DNA of 64,000 nucleotides, taken from Terriglobia bacterium (GTDB lineage Bacteria > Acidobacteriota > Terriglobia > JAJPHL01 > JAPKYU01). Shown here one piece after another: positions 10,081 through 18,758 of the stretch. Numbering within the stretch: the stretch's first letter is position 1; each line of letters opens with the position of its first letter. The translations under genes were made by a program, and so were the position numbers. Under the pieces are notes generated by a model. The model was not told the DNA's origin and searched no databases. It was given only the letters and a program-made list of their open reading frames with translations. The DNA is taken from assembly GCA_965206645.1 (NCBI GenBank), contig CBDBKE010000004.1:480001-544000 (forward strand), read 5' to 3'.

Positions 10081-11429
10081 TCGGCTGGCGGCGGCTGTAC
10101 CCCAAACCGGCGGGATCGCTGCCCGGCGGCATCGTCACTCAATGGGGCGTCGGGATCATCACCATTCTGGTCCTCGTATTTCTGACGTACTGGATTTATT
10201 TCGGCGGCGGCGAGGAAGCGGAGCTTTCGCCGGGCACGGAGACGGAACAGGGGGCGGCGCGGAGCTTCGCCGATCAAATGGCCGCGCAGGTCGAAGCAGA
10301 GTCGCTTCGAGCCGCGACGCGCCGACAAGCGGCGGAGCGGGCGTTGCAGCAGCAACAACGACAACAGGGGGCCAGCGGAGGCGGGATCGGCGCGGGGCGC
10401 GTAACCGCCGATCAAGCGAAGGCGCTGGCCGGGACAAGTCCCGACACCGGGCAGCCCTACACCGAGGAAGAATGGGAACTCCGGAAACGCTTGCGGCTGG
10501 AAGCGGTCGAGCGGCGCAGCCGGTCGCTTCGCAGTTCGCCGGTCGCACAGACCTACCGGCAAGTGGATCGAGCGGCGGCGGAAACCGAGGCGCGGCGGAG
10601 CGAAACCGCAAGCCCGGTCGATGCCATGAGAGCGGAAGGGGCGGCGGCGCTCGAACAGGCGCTCGACACGATTGGGACGGTCACGACCGGCCTCGAAGAT
10701 GAAGTAGCGGCGGAGACCCAAGCGGACCGAGCGTTTATCGAAGCACTCAGAGGGACACCAACCGCTGCGGCCACGCCCGCCGTTCCCACGGCGTCAGCGG
10801 GCCCCCCACCGGCGCGGGATTACTCTTCTCCGGCTCGTGTTGGTGCACCGGATGATCCCCCCGGTTGGGAGCGCATCCATGAAGGCTCGTTTTTGGAAGC
10901 GGCCCTGGTCACGCAGCTTTCCGGTGACTTTCCCGGCCCGGTCCTGGCCGTGGTTTCGGTGCCTGTTTATTCGGCAGACCGACAGCGCATCTTGGTGCCG
11001 CGTGGTACGCGGGTCATTGGTACGGCTCAGGCCGTATCCAATCAGGACCAAGCCCGACTCGCCGTGAGTTTCCACCGCTTGATCTACCCCGACGGGCGTT
11101 GGGTGGCGCTGCAATTTCATGGGTTGAATCAAGTCGGCGAGGGAGCCCTGAAAGATCAAGTCAACCGACACTACTTTTCCATGTTCGCCGCTGTCGGGGC
11201 GGTCGGCATCCTGGCCGGACTCACGGCGCAAGGCGGCAACCCTTACGAGGGCGGCGTGGCGGGCTTCCGGGCCGGTGCGGGGCAGGGACTCGGACAGGCC
11301 GCTACTCGCATCCTGGATCGTTTCTTGAATCGTTTATCCACCCTCACAATACGCGCCGGGCATCGGCTTCGCGTCTGGTTCACTTCCGACGTGCTGGTGC
11401 CCCGGTCCGCAAAAAGGAGATTGAAATGA
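10077..11429 (+). CDS. virB10: VirB10/TrbI
   Basis: N-terminal TM; EGSFLEAALVTQLSGDFPGPV..LVPRGTRVIG..GALKDQVNRH..TIRAGHRLRV. Confidence 0.88.
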   Translation: MIGWRRLYPKPAGSLPGGIVTQWGVGIITILVLVFLTYWIYFGGGEEAELSPGTETEQGAARSFADQMAAQVEAESLRAATRRQAAERALQQQQRQQGASGGGIGAGRVTADQAKALAGTSPDTGQPYTEEEWELRKRLRLEAVERRSRSLRSSPVAQTYRQVDRAAAETEARRSETASPVDAMRAEGAAALEQALDTIGTVTTGLEDEVAAETQADRAFIEALRGTPTAAATPAVPTASAGPPPARDYSSPARVGAPDDPPGWERIHEGSFLEAALVTQLSGDFPGPVLAVVSVPVYSADRQRILVPRGTRVIGTAQAVSNQDQARLAVSFHRLIYPDGRWVALQFHGLNQVGEGALKDQVNRHYFSMFAAVGAVGILAGLTAQGGNPYEGGVAGFRAGAGQGLGQAATRILDRFLNRLSTLTIRAGHRLRVWFTSDVLVPRSAKRRLK

Positions 11430-12340
11430 AACACCGAATTTTTACCGGAGCGGTGGTCATCCCGCTTCTGATCGTGCTGACCACCACGCCCGCCTACGCC
11501 ATCTTCGGCTCGATCCTGGCGGGCATTCAACGGGCGCAGATGATCATCAATCAGGGCGTCCAGATTTACGAGGCGCAGATCGCCAAGCTGACGATGGACA
11601 CCCAATTGACCGAACTGACGGACCAGTTCTCACACTTGAAAGATCAGGCGCTCGGAAGCGTCGGCGCGCTCACCGATCCGTTCACCGACCTGGCATCGGT
11701 CCCGACGCGGTTCATCGGCGTGGGCCTATCGTGGAAAAGCGATTTTACCGGCGTGGCGGCGGAGCTTGCGTCGTCAGTCGAACAGATGGGCGAAACCGGC
11801 AAGAGCTTTGCCCAATCCTGGCGCGGGCGGCTCACCGCCGCCGACACGGTGACCGAGAGCGACATCCTCACTCTGTACGGGGACTATCGCCCGGAGATCG
11901 CGGCGCAGGCGGCCAGCGGCTACCTCGCGGCGCGGGAGGAAGGCGACAAGCGCCTGGTGCTCGATCACGCAATGAGCGACGCGGCGGCGAATCTCATGAT
12001 TGCGGCGCGAGACGCCGTGGAGTCCTACGAAGGACTACGAAACAACACCAATACTTCCAACACCGCCCTTGCTCAATCACAAGTGGCCGGGACGGTGACG
12101 CAAGGAAACCTCACCGCTGCTATGGCGCAGTTGATGGCATTCCAGGCGGCGAAGGAGGCGGCAGAGGATTACGAACGCGAGATTGCTCGGCGGGAGGCGC
12201 TGGCTCGATGGATCGAGACGCAGCGCCGCGCCGAGATCACCTTCGCGGCGCAACAGGCCGGGCTCGATGCCCGCCGCGATTCCATGCGCGAAGGGTTGCT
12301 CTTTCGGATTCACCCGGCCTACGGCGGGAACGGCCAGTAA
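11426..12340 (+). CDS. VirB5/TrbJ-like secreted helical protein
   Basis: Signal peptide ending PAYA, Q/A-rich helices, position directly before virB6. Confidence 0.6.
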   Translation: MKHRIFTGAVVIPLLIVLTTTPAYAIFGSILAGIQRAQMIINQGVQIYEAQIAKLTMDTQLTELTDQFSHLKDQALGSVGALTDPFTDLASVPTRFIGVGLSWKSDFTGVAAELASSVEQMGETGKSFAQSWRGRLTAADTVTESDILTLYGDYRPEIAAQAASGYLAAREEGDKRLVLDHAMSDAAANLMIAARDAVESYEGLRNNTNTSNTALAQSQVAGTVTQGNLTAAMAQLMAFQAAKEAAEDYEREIARREALARWIETQRRAEITFAAQQAGLDARRDSMREGLLFRIHPAYGGNGQ

Positions 12341-12352
12341 TCCATTTCGCCG

Positions 12353-13351
12353 ATGCAGATTCAACTCGATCCCAACATCCCGGCCAACCTTTCCCCGGAA
12401 CAACTGAGGGACTTCAAGTCGTTCCTCGATGTCGCTCTGGATGGCCTGACCGCGGCGGCGGCCGGGGAGGTTTTCGCCACCGGAAACGCGCTCTTCGGGG
12501 GGCTGGCTCTCATCGTTGTGGTGTTGAAGGGGCTGAAGATCGCCTTTAGCGGAAACATTCAGCCGTGGGAGCTGGTGCGGGTCGTCATCGGGCTATGGAT
12601 ACCGTGGGTGATGTTGCAGTTCTACACCACCACCATTCCGGGAATGGCTTTCACCTTCCCAGGGATGATTGCGGCGGGCGGAAATTGGCTTCACGAACTG
12701 CTGATCGGCGATGCCGTCTATTCGATGCAGACCGAGCTTGGCAACCTCATTCGCTCCCTTGCGGCGAACCAGGCAGCCCAGGCGCAAGCGGGGAACACGC
12801 TCGGCCTACTCACCGGCGGGATTCATGCCGCGATAACGGCGGTTGCGGGGTTTGCAATGTTTGTGTTCGTAGTCCTTATGCTCCTTCTGTTGGCCGCCGT
12901 CACCTACGCTCAAGTGATCTGGGCTCAAATCGCGCTTGCCATCCTCATCATCTTGGGGCCGATCTTCATTCCGTTTCTGGTGTTCGAGCCGCTGTCGTTT
13001 CTGTTCTGGGGATGGTTCCGGGCGATGATTACCTACTCGCTTTATGCCGTGATCGCCGGAGCGGTGCTGCGCGTGTTCTCCGCTGTCGGAATCTCCTACA
13101 TCACGAGCTTGGGGAATGCCAACCTGGACATGCAGAGCTTCATAGACGTGGGCTTGTGGATGATCGCCGTCGTGCCCTTGTTTGTCGCCGGGATGCTGGC
13201 AAGCCTCAAGTGCGGGGAGCTCGCCTCGATGCTCGTTACCAGCACAGGAGCAGCCGGCAGCGGCCTCATGGGGATGGCAACCACGGCGGGAACGGTTGCG
13301 GCCACCGGAGGCGCGGCGGCGGCGAAGATCGGAGCAGGGGGGATTAAATGA
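12353..13351 (+). CDS. virB6: VirB6/TrbL
   Basis: Polytopic; LGPIFIPFLVFEPLSFLFWGW; G/A-rich tail. Confidence 0.85.
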   Translation: MQIQLDPNIPANLSPEQLRDFKSFLDVALDGLTAAAAGEVFATGNALFGGLALIVVVLKGLKIAFSGNIQPWELVRVVIGLWIPWVMLQFYTTTIPGMAFTFPGMIAAGGNWLHELLIGDAVYSMQTELGNLIRSLAANQAAQAQAGNTLGLLTGGIHAAITAVAGFAMFVFVVLMLLLLAAVTYAQVIWAQIALAILIILGPIFIPFLVFEPLSFLFWGWFRAMITYSLYAVIAGAVLRVFSAVGISYITSLGNANLDMQSFIDVGLWMIAVVPLFVAGMLASLKCGELASMLVTSTGAAGSGLMGMATTAGTVAATGGAAAAKIGAGGIK

Positions 13352-14025
13352 GCGAACCCGAAACCGCCGGCAAAGATGCCGGAGCCGAGTACGCCGAAAT
13401 ATGGGGCGAAGCCATCCACTCCAACCGTCATCTACGGGTGCTCTCCGTCGGGTTGGGAATCGGGTTGCTCTTGCTCATCATCGTCGTCATTCGTATTGTG
13501 TCGGTTGATCCGCCCCGCCCCATCGTCGTGAGGGTCGATGAAGTAGGCCGGGCCGAGGCCATCGCCTACGAGGCGATGGAGGCCCAGGCCGACCCGCTGG
13601 ACTCCACCACCAAATACTTTCTCAATCGCTTCATTTACGACTTCTACTCGCGGCGGCGGGCCACGGTCCAAGAGAACTGGTCCCGCAGTCTGCGCTTCCT
13701 GACCACGGAGCTTGCCAACGCAAGTTTCCGGGCCGAGAGTCAGAATATCGCTCTTCTCGCGGCGGGAGCGGCGCGGGATGAACTGCAAGTGGATCGCGTC
13801 GTTTTGAGGATTCAGGCCAATCCCCAGGAGCCGCACAGCGCGACGGCAGATTTTGACCTGGTGCGGATGGTGATGGCAAACGAAGTAAGCCGGGAGCGCT
13901 GGACCCTCTCGCTGCAATTCCAGTTCCTCGATGAGATCCCGCCGGACCTGATCGTCCACAACCCTATGGGGATCGTTATCAGCTATCTGCAAGGGGATCG
14001 GGCGATAGTCACCGGCGACCAATGA
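13348..14025 (+). CDS. virB8: VirB8/TrbF
   Basis: Single TM; PIVVRVDEVG; C-terminal HNPMGIVI. Confidence 0.82.
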   Translation: MSEPETAGKDAGAEYAEIWGEAIHSNRHLRVLSVGLGIGLLLLIIVVIRIVSVDPPRPIVVRVDEVGRAEAIAYEAMEAQADPLDSTTKYFLNRFIYDFYSRRRATVQENWSRSLRFLTTELANASFRAESQNIALLAAGAARDELQVDRVVLRIQANPQEPHSATADFDLVRMVMANEVSRERWTLSLQFQFLDEIPPDLIVHNPMGIVISYLQGDRAIVTGDQ

Positions 14026-14966
14026 TGATCGAGCACTTGCGCGGACGCGAAACAGCACTGGAAGCGCTCGGCTGGACCGGGCCGGAGGCGGAGTGGATCG
14101 CGCTGGTGTGTCTGCATAGCGGCGTCTTCACCCGCGCTCAATTCTGTCACTACTTCAATACAGATCGGAAGCAGGCGCTTCGCTTTGTAAAGGCATTGAT
14201 TGACCGCCGGGCGGCGGTCGAAAGCGATCATGTAACGTTCAACGGCGGCGGGCGGACGTGCCGGATATCGAACAAGCCGATCTATCGGGCGCTGGGAGTC
14301 GAGAACATCCGCCACCGGCGCAAGGCCCATCCGCCGGTTGTGATGCGGCGGCTGCTCTCGTTGGATTTCGTTCTGGAACATCCGGGCATGAACTGGCTCC
14401 CCGCCGAGCCGGAGAAGGTCGCGTTTTTTGACGGGCTCGGCCTATCGCGGCGGCTGATCCCGCGACGGATTTACTACGGCGCTGTGGGAGCGCAGAAGCG
14501 CTACTTTGCGCTCAAACTTCCCCTGGCCAGTGACGCTGAAACCGTCATCTTCGCCTACGTCGATCCGGGCCACCAAACGGATCGGGAGTTGCACTCCTGG
14601 GGAGCCGCGCATGGGCCGCTTTGGGATGCGCTTCGCAAAAAGGGGCGGCAGGTCCGGGTGATCGGGATTGCGGCGGAAAACGAAACCGTGGATCGGACGG
14701 CGCGGGTGCTCCGCGTGTGGGCCGCAGCCCCCGCGAAGGAGACCGGAGAGGGGCGGACGTTGGCGGAGGAAATCAAGAGGATCGACACCGCACTGAGAAC
14801 CAATGATCCGATAGTCCTGGCCGAGTACGGGGGATTCAACGCGGCAATGAAAAAAGGAGCGGAACTCGAAAGTCTCCCGGAGGCAAAAGTGACGGAAGGG
14901 GTCTCGATTGACGACTATTCGACGTGGCGGGCCACCCGGTTTGCGGCGCGAGACGAAGGCGGATGA
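14022..14966 (+). CDS. Gene X: wHTH-containing hypothetical protein, candidate origin-binding protein
   Basis: WIALVCLHSGVFTRAQF..wHTH..RRLLSLDFVL..FAYVD. Coupled to virB8, conserved in copy 2, followed by a repeat array. Confidence 0.6.
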   Translation: MMIEHLRGRETALEALGWTGPEAEWIALVCLHSGVFTRAQFCHYFNTDRKQALRFVKALIDRRAAVESDHVTFNGGGRTCRISNKPIYRALGVENIRHRRKAHPPVVMRRLLSLDFVLEHPGMNWLPAEPEKVAFFDGLGLSRRLIPRRIYYGAVGAQKRYFALKLPLASDAETVIFAYVDPGHQTDRELHSWGAAHGPLWDALRKKGRQVRVIGIAAENETVDRTARVLRVWAAAPAKETGEGRTLAEEIKRIDTALRTNDPIVLAEYGGFNAAMKKGAELESLPEAKVTEGVSIDDYSTWRATRFAARDEGG

Positions 14967-14993
14967 AAAGAGCGCACAAACCCGGGAGTTTTT

Positions 14994-15072
14994 GTGCCAC
15001 TGAGGACCGCATGTTAAGTGCCACGCGCTCGGAGTGGGGGGTGTGGCACGATTCTAGCTAAAGGTGCGGCAA
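14994..15072. repeat. Four iteron-like TGCC(A/G)C sites, two direct then two inverted, ~23-24 bp apart
   Basis: GTGCCAC at 14994 and 15018, GTGGCAC at 15043, TGCGGCA at 15065; equivalent array at 25170-25243. Confidence 0.6.
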
Positions 15073-15155
15073 AACCACATTCCTTTATGTCTCTCATTCC
15101 GCTGTGTTTCTCCCCTGCTAATCGGACTCACCCGCGCCGATCCAGGAAAATCGGG

Positions 15156-15259
15156 GAGGACGATAGCGACCCCCCGAAAACCGGGGGGGCATGTGGCCCC
15201 GATAGCGGCGCGCTGTTCCACGCCTCTATCCGGCCCCATGCGGGGTCGCTATCGTCCTC
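15156..15259. other. Branched inverted-repeat structure upstream of virD4 (oriT/ssDNA-origin or RNA leader candidate)
   Basis: 18-bp IR GAGGACGATAGCGACCCC / GGGGTCGCTATCGTCCTC enclosing nested stems; conserved with compensatory changes at 24981-25085. Confidence 0.65.
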
Positions 15260-15325
15260 ATTGATCCCTGCGGGAAGGCTCGGAGCAGCCCCCAACGGGG
15301 GCGCTGACGGAAGGGAGACGGAGCT

Positions 15326-17437
15326 ATGAAATGGCGGCGCTTCATTCCTCACATCCTTCTGTTTTTCGGCGGCCTGGGGTACGCCCTGTGGAGCTTTGTC
15401 CGCCGTCCCTTCCCCATGCTTGGGGATAGTCCCTTGCTCGATCTCATGGACTATCACACCCCCAACTTCTACGGCTGGGTGATGCTCTGGTACTACGCTT
15501 CGCCTTTCGTCGCCGTCATGCTCGCGGGGCTCATTCTCATGTCCGTCTGGAAGGTCTGGCTGGAATCGCGGCGGCGGGATTTCGCGCCCTTTGGGGCGCT
15601 CCCGACCTGGCCGCTTTCACCCCGGCAAACGGCCCCGGCCATCGTAATCGGTGAGGTTCATCATCCGGTGGAGGCGCGCGAGATTTTCAATCCCTCCTGG
15701 CTCACGATCCCGGAGCGTGGGCTGTATACCGGCGTGGCGATTTTCGGAGCCGTCGGGTCCGGGAAGACCTCGGCTTGTATGCACCCCTTCGCCCGCCAGC
15801 TTCTCGGCTGGCAAGCCGAGAATCCACAGATGCGGGCGGCGGCGCTCATGCTTGAAGTCAAGGGAGATTTCTGTCACGACATCCGCCAAATCCTGATCGA
15901 GGCGGGCCGGGGAAAAGACTACATCGAGCTTGGCATGAATGGGCGCTGGCAATGGAACCCGCTCTCGGCCTGGTGGCTCGATTCCTACTCGCTGGCCTAC
16001 ACCGTTTCGAGCCTTCTCAACCAGCTGTTCGGGAAGGGCAAGGAACCCTTCTGGCAGCAAGCCTATACCAACCTGGTCCGCTGGATCATTGAGCTTCACC
16101 GGATATTCCCGGAACGGTGGGTGACGTTGCAGCAGGTCTACCGCTGCGCCATCGACCCGGACCTTTTCGCAGCCAAGATCGAGCAAGCCGAAGCGTGGAG
16201 CGACGAGTTGAACAAGGGAACCGTTTTCGTTCGGGCCGATCTAGTAGGCGAGAACAAAATGAAGCTGGCTGAATGGGTATGGGAAGGGACGCTGGGCCGG
16301 GAGGAACAGCAAGCCGTCTACAGCCGCGCCTTGCTCAACAAACTGGACGAGCTCAAGCTGACCTACCGGGTGGTTTGGGACCCCGGACCCGGAGACGAAG
16401 TGAGAGAACGGGTGGAGGCGGTGAAGCGCTGGTTTGTCAACGACTGGCAAACGCTGGATAACAAAATCAAGTCCTCGATTGTGGAGGGGGTTTCGGTATT
16501 CCTTGCCATGTTCGACATGCCGGATGTGGCGAAGGTGTTTTGCCCGCCCGCGCCGGAAGTCCCCGACGATCCACAAGCCATTGCAATTCAGGCCAGGGCC
16601 GCGAAGCGGGCCGGGGAAGAAGCCCGGGAGCCGAACAAGGAGCCGGAGGCCGCGCCCACGTCGATTCCTTCCGTCGAAGAGGAACGAATCGCCGGGCCGC
16701 GACACCTGCCCTCGCTCTATGAATTGATCGAAAGGGGCAAGGTGCTGGCCTTGAATATGCCCGCCGGATCGAACCCGGCGCTGGCCCGCGCCGTGGGCGT
16801 GATGCTCAAGAACGCCTGGCTACAGGCGCTTCTCATGCGCCCGACCAAGATGAAGGAGTCGCCGGGCGTCTACTTCCGCCCGGCGGTTTTCATCTGCGAC
16901 GAGTATCAGGCGTTTGCTTCGGTGGGCGAGGACGATCCATCGGGCGATGAAAAATCCTTTGCGCTAACCCGGCAATGCCGCTGCATCCCGATTGTCGCCA
17001 CTCAATCCATTTCCTCGCTCCGATCTGTGTTGGGAAGCTCGGAAGCATGGCGGTCGCTGTTGCAGACGCTCCGCACACGGATTTTCCTGTCTCTCAGCGA
17101 CGACGCCAGCGCCAAGATTGCAAGCGAAATGTGCGGGCAGGTGGCGAAGATCAAGGGATCCTACACGATCAGCGAGACCTCCAAGCGGGCGGAAGTCTCC
17201 CCGCTGTCAGGCCGCGCCGGTGGAGGCGGCGGCAGCATCGGCGCGACCAAGTCTTTCCGGGAGCAACGCGAGGCCGTGTTTCACCCGCGAGACTTCACGC
17301 TGCTCTCGAACTGTCAAGCGATCTGTCTGCCCTATGACGGGGCGCAGTCGCTTGAACCGCGCCGGGTCTATCTCAAGCCTCACTATCTGCCCCTCGATTA
17401 TTCCTATTGGAGAGCGAAGGAGGCGGGCAGATTATGA
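15326..17437 (+). CDS. virD4: VirD4/TraD-type coupling protein
   Basis: Two N-terminal TMs; GAVGSGKT; LEVKGD; WNPL; FICDEYQ; IVATQS. Confidence 0.88.
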   Translation: MKWRRFIPHILLFFGGLGYALWSFVRRPFPMLGDSPLLDLMDYHTPNFYGWVMLWYYASPFVAVMLAGLILMSVWKVWLESRRRDFAPFGALPTWPLSPRQTAPAIVIGEVHHPVEAREIFNPSWLTIPERGLYTGVAIFGAVGSGKTSACMHPFARQLLGWQAENPQMRAAALMLEVKGDFCHDIRQILIEAGRGKDYIELGMNGRWQWNPLSAWWLDSYSLAYTVSSLLNQLFGKGKEPFWQQAYTNLVRWIIELHRIFPERWVTLQQVYRCAIDPDLFAAKIEQAEAWSDELNKGTVFVRADLVGENKMKLAEWVWEGTLGREEQQAVYSRALLNKLDELKLTYRVVWDPGPGDEVRERVEAVKRWFVNDWQTLDNKIKSSIVEGVSVFLAMFDMPDVAKVFCPPAPEVPDDPQAIAIQARAAKRAGEEAREPNKEPEAAPTSIPSVEEERIAGPRHLPSLYELIERGKVLALNMPAGSNPALARAVGVMLKNAWLQALLMRPTKMKESPGVYFRPAVFICDEYQAFASVGEDDPSGDEKSFALTRQCRCIPIVATQSISSLRSVLGSSEAWRSLLQTLRTRIFLSLSDDASAKIASEMCGQVAKIKGSYTISETSKRAEVSPLSGRAGGGGGSIGATKSFREQREAVFHPRDFTLLSNCQAICLPYDGAQSLEPRRVYLKPHYLPLDYSYWRAKEAGRL

Positions 17438-18399
17438 GCGCCGCGAGTGGACTGGAACACCTGAAACCGTTTCTACCGGGATTGGAAAGCGCCCTGGAAG
17501 ATTCCGAAGTCAGCGAGATCATGATTAACGGGCCGTTCAATGTCTGGGTCGAGCGGGCCGGGCGGTTGACGGCACATGACGCGCCGGACCTGGACGAATC
17601 GGCCCTGTTGCGGGCGGCCATCCACATCGCCCGTCCTTTGGGCTTGGATCCGGCGAGCTCGCCGATTGTCGATGCGCGCCTGGACGACGGCTCGCGGGTT
17701 GCCATCTGTGTCCCGCCCGCGAGCCCCACGGTGGCGATCACCATGCGGCGCTTTGGCAAGCGGGCGTTCTCGGCGGATGATCTCGTGAAGCAAGGCGCAC
17801 TTCCTAAAAACGTGCGTGCGGAAGCGGAGCGGGTGTTGCGCTCGCGCCGCAACATCCTGGTTTCAGGCGGCACCGGATCGGGCAAGACCACCCTGCTTAA
17901 CGCACTTATTGAATTGCTTCCCGACGACGAGCGTATTGTCGCCATCGAGGACACCCTGGAGCTTCGCATCGAGCGCTCCAATTGCGTCCGCTTCGAGGCT
18001 CGCGGATTACAGGAAGGAGCGGTGACGATCCGGGACTTGGTACGCCACGCGCTGCGTCACCGCCCGGATCACATCGTCGTGGGCGAGGTGCGCGGCGGGG
18101 AGGCGGCGGACCTGCTGCAAGCCTTGAATACCGGACACGGCGGCTCGCTCACCACCGTACACGCCAACAACGCCGAGTCGGCCTTGTCGCGCATCGCCAG
18201 TTGCGCCATGCAGGGCGGCGGTGAGCTTCCCTGGGAGGTCACATGCCGAGGCGTGGTGGACGGCATCGCTATGGTGATTCACATGACGCGCCGCGAGGGA
18301 CGCCGCTTCGTGGAGGAGGCCTTGCTCGTGGAAGGTTATGACGCACCACAGAACCGCTGGCTCATCGAGCCAATCCGGAGGGAACACGATAACGGATGA
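17434..18399 (+). CDS. virB11: VirB11/TrbB/CpaF-type ATPase
   Basis: VSEIMING, VSGGTGSGKTT, IEDTLEL, LRHRPDHIVVGEVRG, NTGHGG. Confidence 0.9.
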   Translation: MSAASGLEHLKPFLPGLESALEDSEVSEIMINGPFNVWVERAGRLTAHDAPDLDESALLRAAIHIARPLGLDPASSPIVDARLDDGSRVAICVPPASPTVAITMRRFGKRAFSADDLVKQGALPKNVRAEAERVLRSRRNILVSGGTGSGKTTLLNALIELLPDDERIVAIEDTLELRIERSNCVRFEARGLQEGAVTIRDLVRHALRHRPDHIVVGEVRGGEAADLLQALNTGHGGSLTTVHANNAESALSRIASCAMQGGGELPWEVTCRGVVDGIAMVIHMTRREGRRFVEEALLVEGYDAPQNRWLIEPIRREHDNG

Positions 18400-18542
18400 A
18401 GACCCTCAAGGACTCCACCCCTGATCTCGCCGAAGCCCTGCATCGTGATGCCACCGGCGAGTGGGACTAACGACAAAATCGCAACAGCCTCTCCGCGCGG
18501 AGTTCCCCCTTGTGGTCTTGTATGGAGAGTAGGGAGGGAAAG

Positions 18543-18758
18543 ATGAGCCTTGACGGAGAAGCGCCAGATGCCCCGATCACGGTGAAGGCCGCCGCCCGCT
18601 TCTTGGGGGTTAGCCCCTCGCTGGTGTATGCTTACGTCGAGCGAAAGCAGATTCCCCATCTCCGCGTGATGGGGCGAAGCATCCGGTTTCTCAAATCGGA
18701 TTTGGAGCCCTTCCGCGCAAGCTTCAGGCAGGAGGTGGAGAATGGCAAGACCGAGTAA
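18543..18758 (+). CDS. Excisionase-family HTH protein
   Basis: TVKAAARFLGVSPSLVY..IPHLRV.GRSIRF; overlaps the int start. Confidence 0.85.
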   Translation: MSLDGEAPDAPITVKAAARFLGVSPSLVYAYVERKQIPHLRVMGRSIRFLKSDLEPFRASFRQEVENGKTE

